A stretch of 60,309 bases of DNA, counting the filler, from Dirinaria sp. TL-2023a (lineage: Eukaryota): assembly GCA_051941275.1 (NCBI GenBank). It is 4 parts of 4 records of this genome, joined end to end, with 100 filler letters (N's around TTAATTAATTAA, not from the genome) between each part and the next. Parts side by side here need not be neighbours in the genome. Positions count along the whole stretch, not along the records: positions 45,317 to 60,309 come from JAVEBF010000568.1; 3 more parts are not named here. One strand, given 5' to 3'. Shown here in pieces: positions 49,298 through 60,309 of the stretch. Position 1 is the first letter of the stretch, and the number at the start of each line of letters is the position of its first letter. A model generated the notes under the pieces. The model was not told the DNA's origin, ran no database searches, and worked only from the letters and a program-made list of their open reading frames with translations. Both the position numbers and the translations under genes were made by a program.

Positions 49298-50529
49298 GAT
49301 CGCTGGAAGGCAATAATGCCGGAATGAGCCATGGACTTTGAGCACGACGGGAAAGAGCGCATTGATAAGTCATGTCCGCGCAGTCGAGTCGACATGGTGG
49401 GCAGGAACTGGCCACTAGAGTGAGTAATGACAGTCGCTGGGAATAAGAATTCGGCCGGTGTTTTCCTGTTGAAATGGTGCCGGCTTTTGCGTCCCGGACC
49501 GCTCTGCTTCATGGTGGCCATCCAGTCATGCGTTTTCCCAACCCTCTCGTGGTGGATGTCCGGTGCACGCCAGCAACCGCCATCTTTCGAGGCAATCTTA
49601 TCCCCGGATTCGTGAGCTTTGGAAGATATCGGCCACTTTCGGATATGGCATCTTTCTATGATACGTGGACCTTCTCTAGTGCTCTAGTGGAAGGTCCTGC
49701 ACAAACAACCAGGCCAAGAGACAGCGCCGAGCTTGTCCTCATATGCACTGGACCATATGCGCGATACCGGCTATGCGCGTGTCTGTACAGAGTAACTGTG
49801 TGTGCCATAATGTCATTCCCCGCAAATTGCTGCTGCAAAGGTCGACGCCACAGATGCTATTCAACACCTCATGGTGTATTGGGCCGTCAAGGCGATTACG
49901 GATACGCTTTAGGGAGCAACAGTCGGGGGTTGATAATCTCGGGTGATTGGCGAGGTCTAGCTGGTCGAACTAATAATGGACCTTACCTTATTACGGTAAT
50001 GTAGATAGTCATGCTTATTCGTCTGATCCCATAAAGTAGAGAAAAAAGAAAGTGCGGGGATGATGTCAAGCTTTGGTTGCACTCCTAAGGTAAGGTACAT
50101 AAGTACATCAATGTAAGTCTTACCTTAGATAATCGTCACCCCCGAGCTTGTACTGTAGGTACCTTACCTTAGGTTACCTTAGGTGATGGTGGATTAGGGC
50201 TATCCTAGGCTTCGCAGCATACCTTAAGGTAGAGGTGGGATGCCTCGATGCCAAGATGCGATGCAGTTTTCTGGCGAAGCGCAACAGTAGCATCATCCAA
50301 TGACATCCCTTCTCTCTCCGCTGGTTTGGATGGCGTGAATTGCGTGCTCGAAGGCAAATATGCGAGAAAGATGAATAAAAAGCATTTCCCAACAACAGCA
50401 ACAATGATGTCTTCTCGACTCTCACCAGCTTATCAGAACCTCGTCCACTTAGGCTGCTCCGACCATCCGACCTAGATCTCGTGCACATACAGTAAGGTAA
50501 CCATCACACAAAACTTTCGGTCGCAAACA

Positions 50530-51417
50530 ATGTCTTCCGAACAACGTCCAGCGCCGTAAGTATCACCTACCCATTATTGTCACCTAACCCTCTCACCTTT
50601 CCTATTCCGCCAACTTCCTCTTTACTTCCAACTGACAAAACGCTTTCAATCCATTCCCAGTCTCCGCCTCGGCTCTACAGCCCCCAACTTCCAAGCCGAC
50701 ACCACCGCCGGGCCCATCGATTTCCACGAATTCGTCGGCGACAAGTGGGTAGTGCTGTTCTCGCACCCGGAAGACTACACGCCCGTGTGCACGACCGAAC
50801 TAGGCGCCTTCGCGAAGCTGGAACCGGAATTCACGAAGCGGGGCGTGAAACTGATCGGGCTGAGCGCGAACACGATCGACTCGCATTCCGGGTGGATCAG
50901 CGACATCAACGAGATCTCCAACACGAGCTTGCGGTTCCCCATCATCGGGGATAAAGAGCGGAAAGTGGCTTACGCGTACGACATGCTGGATCATCAGGAT
51001 ACGACGAACGTGGATCAGAAGGGCATCGCCTTTACGATCCGTTCCGTCTTCATCATCGATCCCAAGAAAACGATTCGCTTGATTTTGAGTTATCCCGCCA
51101 GCACGGGCCGCAATACGGCTGAGGTCTTGAGGGTCGTGGATAGCTTGCAGACTGGAGACAAGCAGAAAGTCACTACGCCGATCAATTGGGTGCCTGGTCA
51201 GTCATCTCCCCCCCTGCCGGTGGTGTAAGAGGGGGGAATGGAGGCCCTGGGACAACTCGTGAGTGGCGGCTGACAAGCGTGTGTAGGCGACGATGTGATT
51301 GTCCACCCGAGCATCAAAGGCGAGGAGGCGGAGAAGCTGTTCCCCAAGATGAAGATCGTCAAGCCATATTTGAGGTTCACACCCTTGCCTAGGGAGGAGA
51401 CCAGCGCGGCTGTGTAG
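50530..51417 (+). CDS. PRX1: 1-Cys peroxiredoxin
   Basis: LRLGSTAPNF, FSHPEDYTPVCTTELG, TPINWVPGDDVIV and KPYLRFT. Two introns. Confidence 0.95.
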
Positions 51418-51739
51418 GAGCCGAGACATGATCGATAGATCCTCAGGCTGCAAGTGACTTTCAATTTAGCGGGAGTATGGGGAATACCAAGTTGCACCAA
51501 CCGCTAGCAAAGGCTTTTCAGGCAGTCAATTTCACCATGTTGCAATCATTCGCAAAGGTGAAACGGGTGATTAATCTATGAATGCGCGTGCTGCCTAAGA
51601 ACTGTGAAAAATACACCTCACCAAATCCACTGCGGAGCGTGATTCGTGATCGTCGTAGCCTTGATAGCTTCTGCGGCTGATGTTCTGCTTTCCACTCCCT
51701 CGTTCTGCTTGGTGCCCCTTTTGAAACTTTCCATGCAAA

Positions 51740-54700
51740 CTAGATGTAGAACATTGTATCCTTGAGCCTGGGGTGAATGCTGACGTCATCCTCCTTCGGA
51801 TCTCCCTGTGCCAACCCTCCATCACCGGCTTCGCTTGCCGCATCAAAATGCCCTGCCAGATAGCACCGAGCCCTTTCGCAAACAATATCGGCATAGTACG
51901 CTGGCGGGCAGATACTGACCGCTTTGGTCGCGCGCCCGAAGAGATAGCACATGTTGTGAGTCAAGTCTTCGAGCACATCGGCGTTGTTCTTAAAGCCCGG
52001 TTGAAGAGGCTTCGACTTGAAGATCTCATCGAGGACAACAAAATAGTGCGCTGGACGCGCGGTGCCTTGCAGGGCTTTGTGCGATTGCAAGTAGAAATCC
52101 CAGTTGCGAGCTTCGGTCACGTGGCGGTCGACCACAGTGCCGTTTTGAGGATTGGCAGTTCCCTTGTCCGTCTTTTCTCCATCGTTGGTTGTGGCGAAAA
52201 ATCTCGTGTGATGCCTCTTGCCTACAACCACAATGGAGATCCTGGGAATTCCGATTTTCGTTTCTGCGGCGGAGTAGACCCGCTGACAAGCTTTGCGAAG
52301 CTGTGGGAGTTCTCGCTCCAGAACCATGCTGTATTGGCCTTCGGAGACGCCATCGCGGTAGATGAGGATATTCTCAGGCAGACTCTTGTTCCCTCCTTTT
52401 TTTTTCCACAACTCTAGGCGGCTTTGAAGCATTGGGTCGAGACTCGTAACTTCTTCTGATATCCGCTTCTCCCTCTTTCCATTCAATCGTAACACTGCCG
52501 GCCACTGGCCCAACTCCTTGTCAATGCTAGCGACCATTCCGGCCACGCTTTGGGCATTTTCTGCCGAGCCAGGGGACGGATGCGTCACGTCTATACCCAC
52601 CACCATAGTCTTACCCTGAGAAATAATGCCTAGCTTCGCATCATCGATCATTTGGTTGACGCCGCCGAGTTTAAGGTTGAACTTCAAAGCAACATTACTG
52701 AAGTAGCTTGGATGACCTTTGCGTAGCTTGTCGCCCACCACACAGATTGTATGTATTCCGACTTTGGTATCAGCAATATGCTTGACCCGATTGTACAGCA
52801 TTGTGTGGTTGGTAGGCAATATCACAAGAAGCAAGCTCTCTTTAGCCTCACGCAGCGCGTCTTCAAGGCTTGAATCTTCGGGACCTGACATGTTTATTAT
52901 ACGGGGTGGCGAAGGGTTGGAGCCAGTGATGCCCGCCTGGTCTAGAGCCTCTGTAAAGCGGCTCATGGTGTTTTGCAGCTCTTGGGGGTTCCTGAACGCG
53001 TATCCAAATCCTCGCATACTAATCATGACCGCGGTCCAGCTGGTAAGAGATTTTCCAGAGATGAACTTGAGTGGCTGAACCTCTTCCCTCCGATCTCGCG
53101 GTGGACGCACTTGATTCCAGCTAGAGGACCATATTTGTTGGGCAGGTTCGGGTTTGCTTGTTGATGTTACTCTGTACTTGACTTGGGGGTGGGGAAGTCT
53201 ACGCCCTGGGACTGTGATCATTATGTTTTTAATGCTGACACCGAATGTATTCTATACACATAAGCGAATGATGCACACAGGGTACGGTTCGAGCTTACAA
53301 GATCCGGGTTCATATCAGACGACAAGCCCACTGTGTTGTAGCCGTCTTGCTCTATTGATTTCGCATTGTATCCCGGCGGACGAACTGCAAAGCCTATCAT
53401 GCTCGAAGTCTGGTCCGGATCTAATTTGGCCTGCGAACTCTGTCCAGGCTCTATAAAGCACACCTCGGCAGGGAGGTACGACGGGTTCGCATTGGTACCA
53501 ACATTAACGACCGGCAGTTGTGGCTTGAGGCTTTCGAAGTGTTCTCTGTATCCTGAGCTCATGGTCAATGGATAAAACGAGCACAATCACCTCAAGGGGG
53601 CCCTACTTTTTTCAAAATAGTCATATACACTGATATACTTGCCATTTCCACCGCCTGTTGAGGGCGTACCACTGCTCGATTTTGAGGCCTCTTTACTTTT
53701 CCCTTTCTTCCCACTGGCTTTACCGGATGCTGGTGCACCTGATGCAAACGGCTTGCTTGCGGAAGATTCCGGAGACGGCTCTGAAAGCCAGAACTGAACC
53801 TCCTTTGGCCCAGCGCCAAAGGTTGGCACTCTAGGAGGATGTTCATCATCCTTCCCATCACTCTTATTAGCCAGTCCATAGATCGTTTTGATTCTCGGAA
53901 TGGGCGAACCATCCTTGTTGGTCTTCGAGGGAAGATGGTTCAAGCGAACCCGCACCCGTTTGAGAAAGGCCTGTAATTTGAACTTGTTAACCAGTCCGAA
54001 CCTGTCCATGGCAACAGGCAAGGGCAACGGATCGTAAAAGGCTGCATGGCTGATGTTGACGTTCACCAGGATGCGCGCGGTAGCGACACGGACACTGGAG
54101 AAAAAGCCTCTGATGGCCCGCAGACCCTTACCTAAATCAGCGGAGTCTTGGGGTTGCGGGACACGCGAAAAGCTTCGGTTAGCACCAACGGTGGTGTGAT
54201 CGGGCGATTTCTTCGCATAATGTCCCAAAAAGATGTTGAGGGCTTGGAGAATAGGCTGCTTGTCAAATGTTGCTTCAGGGTCCGTGGAGGTCAGATGGTT
54301 GATTAGGTCGGAGACGGCCACAGACCCTGCCGCAGTGACCGTGATACCGTACTTGGGGTCATGCTTGCGAGCTTCATCTTCCCCTTCGGGACGGTACTGG
54401 ATCTCAGTTGGCAACAACTCGAGCTGCTCACTGCTCAGCTTGACTCGTGATATGAGGAAAGCTTTGAAATCCGTGACAATATCGCTCCGATGGGACCTTA
54501 ATGGATCCATTTCCAGAAGTAACTCGAATACTCGCTTAAGTTTTTTCCCTGCAACTCGAGTCTCTTTTTTACCCTCAGTCACCTTGAGCTCGTACCGGTA
54601 GAGTTGCAGGTCGCGTCGTGGGGTCAATTCGAAGTAATTCGCCAACAGCACGACCTCAGTCCCTCTAGTGCCATAGCCTGGTCGTGGAGGGAATTCGACG

Positions 54701-55072
54701 TGCCCTTCGCTGATTTTGAGTTTGGAAATGTCGGGCAAACCGGCACCCTTGATTGCTTGCGCATATTTGTCTTCGGCCTGAGTGACTTCCTTCGAGGGGC
54801 GAGCGATCTGAGACTCATGCCTGGAGAGAACATTAGTAGGACCGAAGGTTAGGCGTGGAAGGAATATTCAGATACTTATAGATTTGTGGAATTTCTGCAG
54901 CCTGTTGACGAGATCCCCCGGGCCTCCCTCTCGGAGCGAAACCACTGAAAGTTCCACCCCTTGAGTCTCCACCTCGGCCACGACCTCTCCCACCACCACC
55001 TCCTCCACCTCCACGATCGCCACCTCGACCACGATCGCCTCGACCACGACTACCTCGGTCCCGTCCCGACAT
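51740..55072 (-). CDS. qde-2: Argonaute (QDE-2-like)
   Basis: RGG-rich N terminus, RPGYGTRG..V.L.ANYF, LRAIRGFFSSVR, PAZ (LPVVNVG....YLPAEVC), and PIWI GIDVTHP, YRDGVSEGQ, GTARPAHY, PAYYAD, terminal MFYI. Three introns. Confidence 0.95.
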
Positions 55073-55732
55073 TGTTAGTGGAATGCTAGACTGATGTTAT
55101 AGCATATAGCAACTGTATAATCTGCTGCTATAACGATAGATGATAAATCTACTGTGCGCACTGGGTTAAAGCAAGGAGCATAAAGTGCCTTATGTGAAGT
55201 AAAGTATGATAAGGTAGAGTAGTTTAGTAGTGAATGGAAGCAAGGGAGGGAAGGAAAGTAGATAAATGATGTCGTTTGCTGGCTACAGGCGCGGGGTAAA
55301 AGCGGTCTGTGTTGTACAAACAAAGACCCTTTCCTTGGTTTATCTGCAGCAGCGCCTGAACGCACTTGCTCGTGCAAATCAGGATTCATGTTGTTTGGTC
55401 AACCACGGAGTAGTTGCCACTGTGGATGATATCGCGAGATGATATCGCGAATACCTTCCATGGATTGGTAACCACATTACCTAAAGTACTTACCTAGCTC
55501 ATGATTTCACCTGGATAGAGACATTGCTGCTCTTGCTAACATGGGTAGTTGCTGTCTTACCTTGGGCAGTTAGAAAATTCAACCCCTTCCCCAGCTCCTA
55601 TCAACATATGCTTATGTATGTAGGCAAGAGCATAGATGTTGACCTATTCAAACATGCATGCATGCGGTACCTCACCTTCAAACCTGCCCTCTTCAGAGTT
55701 AGGTAGACAAGACTGATCTATCGAACCTGACC

Positions 55733-56442
55733 CTATAAGCATCCTAGATACCTACTGTACCTTAGGGGACAGGAAACGATGGAGTGAAGCTGCTTCATCT
55801 GGTATGTTTTGATGCCATCAAGCCGTGTGTACCAAATTTCGCTCAAGCCTTCCAGCTCCGAATCCTTCAGACCTCTTGACTGCTGTACATCCAGCCCAGC
55901 CAGGTTAATTATGCTTGCCGGCCATCCACGAAGAAGCTGGGTGAGATATTCATGCAACCCGTATGAGGCGTTGGAAGTCTCAAGCATAGGTATAGACGCT
56001 CAGTCATGGTCATGCGTGGATGAAGGTAGGTCTCAAACGAAAACAGGAACTTGTCTCTGCGAAGTACTCGTACCGTAGCTTGTTTCTGGTGACGGATAAA
56101 GCCTTGCAAATAAGGACACTCGCTGCTATGACGCTCGTCGATGGGATTCGAGGCCTGGAAGCTAAGAGACGTTCAAAGGCAGCATCGACAGCATCGACAA
56201 TGTAGGGTAAAGTACGGAGTAATGATGGACGCCAGATGCTCATCTCAAGTCGTCCGCGAACCGAGGCAAAGTTGAGGAGCAGCAAAATAGTAATGGCTCG
56301 GTTGACATGGGCACACAACAAGGCGAATGATTGTTACATGTTGCGACAAGTTCTCTAATATTTGAATTTCCTGCACGTAGCATGTCCACATCAGAAATGT
56401 CGAGTCTGATACTTCTACTTTAGGGTATTCTAGTGGCCCCAT
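55733..56442 (-). other. Possible small spliced gene or eroded gene
   Basis: Three successive protein-like minus-strand ORF segments with plausible GT donors. No recognisable domain. Confidence 0.25.
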
Positions 56443-57139
56443 CTCGATCTTGACTAAGGTAGTATGGCAGAGAGAGGTCCTCGGGTAGAAGTCGGCAGAT
56501 GCTGTACAGTAGTAAAGGTCTCTGCGGGTGGATGATACTACTGTATGATAGATACTTTCCTGAACTGTACCTTAGATAATGTACCTAAAGTAGCTACATG
56601 AAAAGCCAGCGCCCCAAAAAGTGCGAGATACTTTCATACAGTACATCCACATTATTAACATTACCTAAGTGTCATTGACAAAATCTGGATCCACACCTCA
56701 ACCCTTGCATACACGAGCAGTGCTACTGTCTTTCGACTGTAACACGACGTAAGGGTGCGTTACCGCGTGCTGCCACCACTACCATTTGCAGTCTATCCGC
56801 CGCAATCTATTGGCACCGTGCGACGCTTCCGCGCATAGATCACTGAAAATCGCAAGGATCGCAGTCGCTACCCGGACGAGACAGTGAGGCAGAGGGCAGA
56901 GCGCTGTGCATTCTCCCAGGGTCGAGCCTGCTCGATCCTGCCGGTGTGAAACACACCTGGCCTAAGGCAGGGGGAAGTTGGCTGGAAGAGGGCATTCAAA
57001 TGTGAACATGAGTTCCTGATTCCTGTATGCGGCGTTCTACTCTTTGCCAACGGGGCGCTTGCCCCAGGCTTCCCCATTTCCTGCTCATGCTCTCGTCCCA
57101 TGTCTATCCACGGTTGTGTCGAACTCCTTCAGGCTCACA

Positions 57140-60100
57140 ATGGCTTTACCAGATCGTCAGAGCTCCAGATGGGCGATTGCCCCCGAGGTCGCACAGACGC
57201 TTGACTACACTTGCGCCGGCGCGACTCACTCGGCGAAGACCTCTACACCAAACGTACACGTTTTCCAGCAGAACCTCAATCCCTTCGAGAAGCTTATCGA
57301 GCCATTGCCGGTGGAAGAACCGGGACCATGGGCTCTTAGACCCCCTCTCTTCGGCGGCTCCTATGAGCCAGGCTTCAGCAAGCGCAAACAAAGACACGTG
57401 CCCATACTGATTACGCAGGGTGTCGTCGACAGCGTTCTTCATCGTCTTCCAGATTCACCGGTTTCCCTCGGCTCTGACCCACGTACGAGCGATTCTTCTA
57501 CAAGTGAAGGCCAGGAGGAGAAGAAAGCGGGCAGCGCGGCAGCCAGGAGGCAACAGAGACACATCCCCATCGTTATACCGTCGTTCGCGCAGCCAAAAGA
57601 CAACCACCAACCCACTCCCACATGTAATCAGTCAGACACATCGGGAAACTCCGAGACCAAACCATACTCGTGCAAAACCTTTTTTCCAGTCATGTCTCGA
57701 CCCAATACCAGTGGCAGCCGGACCAGTACACTTGATTCTAGCACATCTATGCCTTCTCCCAGCCAGATGAACAATGGAAGATCTCAGCCGTCTTCCGGCG
57801 CGTATCTGTCCGATATGAGCAGTAGCCAATCGAGTTTGACGCAACTTGTTCAAGATACTCAAGCGCAGTCAGTACGGCCACTACGGGTTGGGGATCAAAG
57901 TCCCTATGCTGGGACATCGTCGCCTACCGTGGGTCAGCAGTCGCAGTCTGTCAACGGTACGACAAATCTATCTGGTCTTGTATGCAATATACACAAATGC
58001 ACGGGCAAGGAGCCTCACGCTCTGGTGGGCGCAACCACAACCGTTCTAGGCGACAAATTATACGTTTTCGGAGGTCGAGTTCTCTCTCGCCGGCGGCCTC
58101 AATTGACGTCGGAAATGCATGAATTGGACCTTGTTAAGCGTCACTGGACCAAAATCGAGGCTTTGGGCGATATACCTCCGCCAAGATATTTCCACAGTGT
58201 CTGTCCATTGGGTGACACTAAGCTGATCTGCTATGGAGGAATGTCCCCTGCATCTACGGCTACCTCCCAGCCTCCAGTCATTTCACAGGAACCCCAACCG
58301 GAAGTAGTAGTCATGTCTGACATACATATCTATGATGCTCCGACAAGAACGTGGACGTACATTGCTACCACCGAAACTCCGCAAGGGCGGTATGCTCACT
58401 GTGCGGCTGTTTTGCCTTCAAGCGCTATCTTCACATCTGCCAATGCCCCTCTGTCAGCTATTCATCATAATCCAGCTTCCTCGAACCCTAACCAGGGGTC
58501 GATAGGCGTAGCTCTGGACGGAGCAGGGGGAGCAGAGATGATAGTCGTTGGAGGCCAAAACAGTGCGAACCACTACATTGAGCAAGTTAGCGTCTTCAAT
58601 CTGCGAAGTCTTAAATGGACATCAACTTCGACATTGGGGCGTAGCTGTGGCGCATACAGGAGTGTAGTAGCGCCACTGACAACAATGCCAGCCTCAGAAA
58701 TAGGGAGAGGCGTCAATCAAAGCGGCGGCATGGAAGAGGCAAATGGCTCGACCGAAGAAGATGGGGCGGGGTGCTCAATGCTTATCTACTCGAATTATAA
58801 TTTCCTGGATGTGAAGCTAGAGCTTCAAGTGCGGCTGTCAGACGGTTCTCTTGCGGAGAAACCAATGCATGGTCCGTTCAGTCCGCCAGGCCTACGATTT
58901 CCGAATGGTGGCGTACTAGACAATAGTTTCGTCGTGAGCGGAACATATCTGACATCGTCGAAACAAGAATATGCCTTGTGGGCTCTCGATCTGCGGACTC
59001 TAAGCTGGAGCCGTATAGATGCTGGGGGAGGTGTCTTCAGTCAAGGCAGCTGGAACAGAGGCATCCTGTGGCCACGTCGAAACACCTTCGTCATCCTCGG
59101 AAACCGTAAACGGAGTCTTGTCGAAGACTACAATCACCGCCGAATCAATTTTTCCAACGTCTGCATGGTCGAGCTGGAGGCGTTCGGTCTGTATGACAAT
59201 CCGCGACGAACAAATCCGACATCGTCGTTTCCCTCCATTAGTGCTCCAATCTTGCCTCCCGCCCAGACCTCAAGATTCTCCTCACCTCTCGGTCCATATT
59301 CAAGCGCAGCTCTCAACTTGGGGCAAAAGGCAATGGATCTACGTGAGCTGGCCGACATGGACCTCCTCTCCATTGGCGGCGAACGTATACCAGTGAACTC
59401 TTATCTCTTGTCTCGCCGATGGGGGCCCTACTTCGTGCAGCTTCTACGGGATTGCGCCGCATCTTCCCCGAACTCCCTCTACCCAGCAGATGCGACATCC
59501 TCAAACTCCGAAGTATCGACCCTCAGACCCTCCCTCCACGCAGCTGCCTCGATCGCCTCCCGGAATTCCAGCATCACCATAACCCCTTCCATCCAAACAA
59601 ACCATTCAGCCGGCCAATCCACGCTCAACGCCCCTTCGACAACCTCCAAATCCACCAACTCCTCGTCCCAGAGTCGCCCGCTCGAGCCACCCACCCCGTG
59701 GACTTTACCCTCCACCGCCCGCCCGCGCCAACTATACCTTCCTCACACCCTGCTGACCCTGAAAGCCCTGGTCCACTACCTCTACACATCCTCCATCCCT
59801 CCCCCAGCACACAGCCTCTGCACGCCACAAATCCTCTGCTCCCTCCTCCAGATCGCGCGTCCGTACCGCGTCGACGGCCTCTTAGAAGCCGTCGTCGAGC
59901 GCCTGCACCAAGTCCTCGACGGGCGCAACGCAGCCGCTGTATTCAACGCGGCCGCCATGGCCGCCGGCGGAGGCCGCGGCGTCGGCACAGTCTACAGCCA
60001 GGAACACGAGCGCCATCTCCTGCTCAACGACCCGGCCCCTCCTGCTCCTCTTGAACCCACCATCAGCACCTCCTCTAATACTACTACTACTACTAACACT

Positions 60101-60309
60101 ACCACCACCACCACTTTGGCAACAGCAACAACAACAACAGCACCAACAGCCCGCCACCGCCGTGTCCCCTCCCAACCCCCGGCCGCGAACCTTCATCATG
60201 GGCGCTCGGCAGAAACAAAATCCGCGTCCACAACAGACGAAGACGACGCAGGGAGCGAGGTCAGCGGGAGCACGGTCGACAGTTCCCTCGCGAACAACAG
60301 CAGCAGCGG
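57140..60309 (+). CDS. ral2: Ral2/Mds3-like Kelch-repeat plus BTB-like protein; 3' end runs off the window
   Basis: Frame apparently open from 57140 and absent from the ORF track. Motifs LVGATTTVLGDKLYVFGGR, IPPPRYFHS, PQGRYAHCA, PPGLRFP, GSWNRG and PRQLYLPHT. Alternative start at 57692. Confidence 0.9.
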   Translation, partial: MALPDRQSSRWAIAPEVAQTLDYTCAGATHSAKTSTPNVHVFQQNLNPFEKLIEPLPVEEPGPWALRPPLFGGSYEPGFSKRKQRHVPILITQGVVDSVLHRLPDSPVSLGSDPRTSDSSTSEGQEEKKAGSAAARRQQRHIPIVIPSFAQPKDNHQPTPTCNQSDTSGNSETKPYSCKTFFPVMSRPNTSGSRTSTLDSSTSMPSPSQMNNGRSQPSSGAYLSDMSSSQSSLTQLVQDTQAQSVRPLRVGDQSPYAGTSSPTVGQQSQSVNGTTNLSGLVCNIHKCTGKEPHALVGATTTVLGDKLYVFGGRVLSRRRPQLTSEMHELDLVKRHWTKIEALGDIPPPRYFHSVCPLGDTKLICYGGMSPASTATSQPPVISQEPQPEVVVMSDIHIYDAPTRTWTYIATTETPQGRYAHCAAVLPSSAIFTSANAPLSAIHHNPASSNPNQGSIGVALDGAGGAEMIVVGGQNSANHYIEQVSVFNLRSLKWTSTSTLGRSCGAYRSVVAPLTTMPASEIGRGVNQSGGMEEANGSTEEDGAGCSMLIYSNYNFLDVKLELQVRLSDGSLAEKPMHGPFSPPGLRFPNGGVLDNSFVVSGTYLTSSKQEYALWALDLRTLSWSRIDAGGGVFSQGSWNRGILWPRRNTFVILGNRKRSLVEDYNHRRINFSNVCMVELEAFGLYDNPRRTNPTSSFPSISAPILPPAQTSRFSSPLGPYSSAALNLGQKAMDLRELADMDLLSIGGERIPVNSYLLSRRWGPYFVQLLRDCAASSPNSLYPADATSSNSEVSTLRPSLHAAASIASRNSSITITPSIQTNHSAGQSTLNAPSTTSKSTNSSSQSRPLEPPTPWTLPSTARPRQLYLPHTLLTLKALVHYLYTSSIPPPAHSLCTPQILCSLLQIARPYRVDGLLEAVVERLHQVLDGRNAAAVFNAAAMAAGGGRGVGTVYSQEHERHLLLNDPAPPAPLEPTISTSSNTTTTTNTTTTTTLATATTTTAPTARHRRVPSQPPAANLHHGRSAETKSASTTDEDDAGSEVSGSTVDSSLANNSSS

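Noticed and set aside
45627..60309. ALDH-MFS-PRX1-Argonaute-Ral2 as a defence or stress cluster
   Set aside because: Ordinary conserved genes with no shared pathway evidence; adjacency alone is insufficient.

Overview
Genomic DNA of a filamentous ascomycete (Pezizomycotina; short GT-AG introns with CTRAY branch points). The window is not one locus. It is four contigs (15015, 15002, 14999 and 14993 bp, in descending length) joined by identical 100-bp N44-TTAATTAATTAA-N44 linkers, so adjacency across the gaps means nothing. I support about 17 host genes, two of which run off the window ends and are missing from the ORF track. Contig 1: MYND-like zinc-finger protein, 3xKH RNA-binding protein, secreted Kex2-site protein, DUF2470 protein, an orphan ORF with a repeated WxW(I/V)xG(D/E)NPL motif, and an internally deleted Ty1/copia element. 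Contig 2: MITE, CorA-like-domain protein, CGI121 with a 785-nt intron, Zn2Cys6 factor, cNMP/F-box/LRR protein. Contig 3: GH92, AlcS-type transporter, RBR ligase, conserved secreted protein. Contig 4: ALDH, DHA1 MFS, PRX1, QDE-2-like Argonaute, Ral2. Best leads: (1) the copia relic, whose LTRs and RNase H remnant are decayed while gag stays open; (2) an AG|GT abutting-intron or stop-containing micro-exon; (3) the orphan Trp-repeat ORF; (4) the long, possibly structured CGI121 intron; (5) an in-frame, single-TAG-interrupted leader on PRX1. All calls come from reading motifs by eye; no database search was run.
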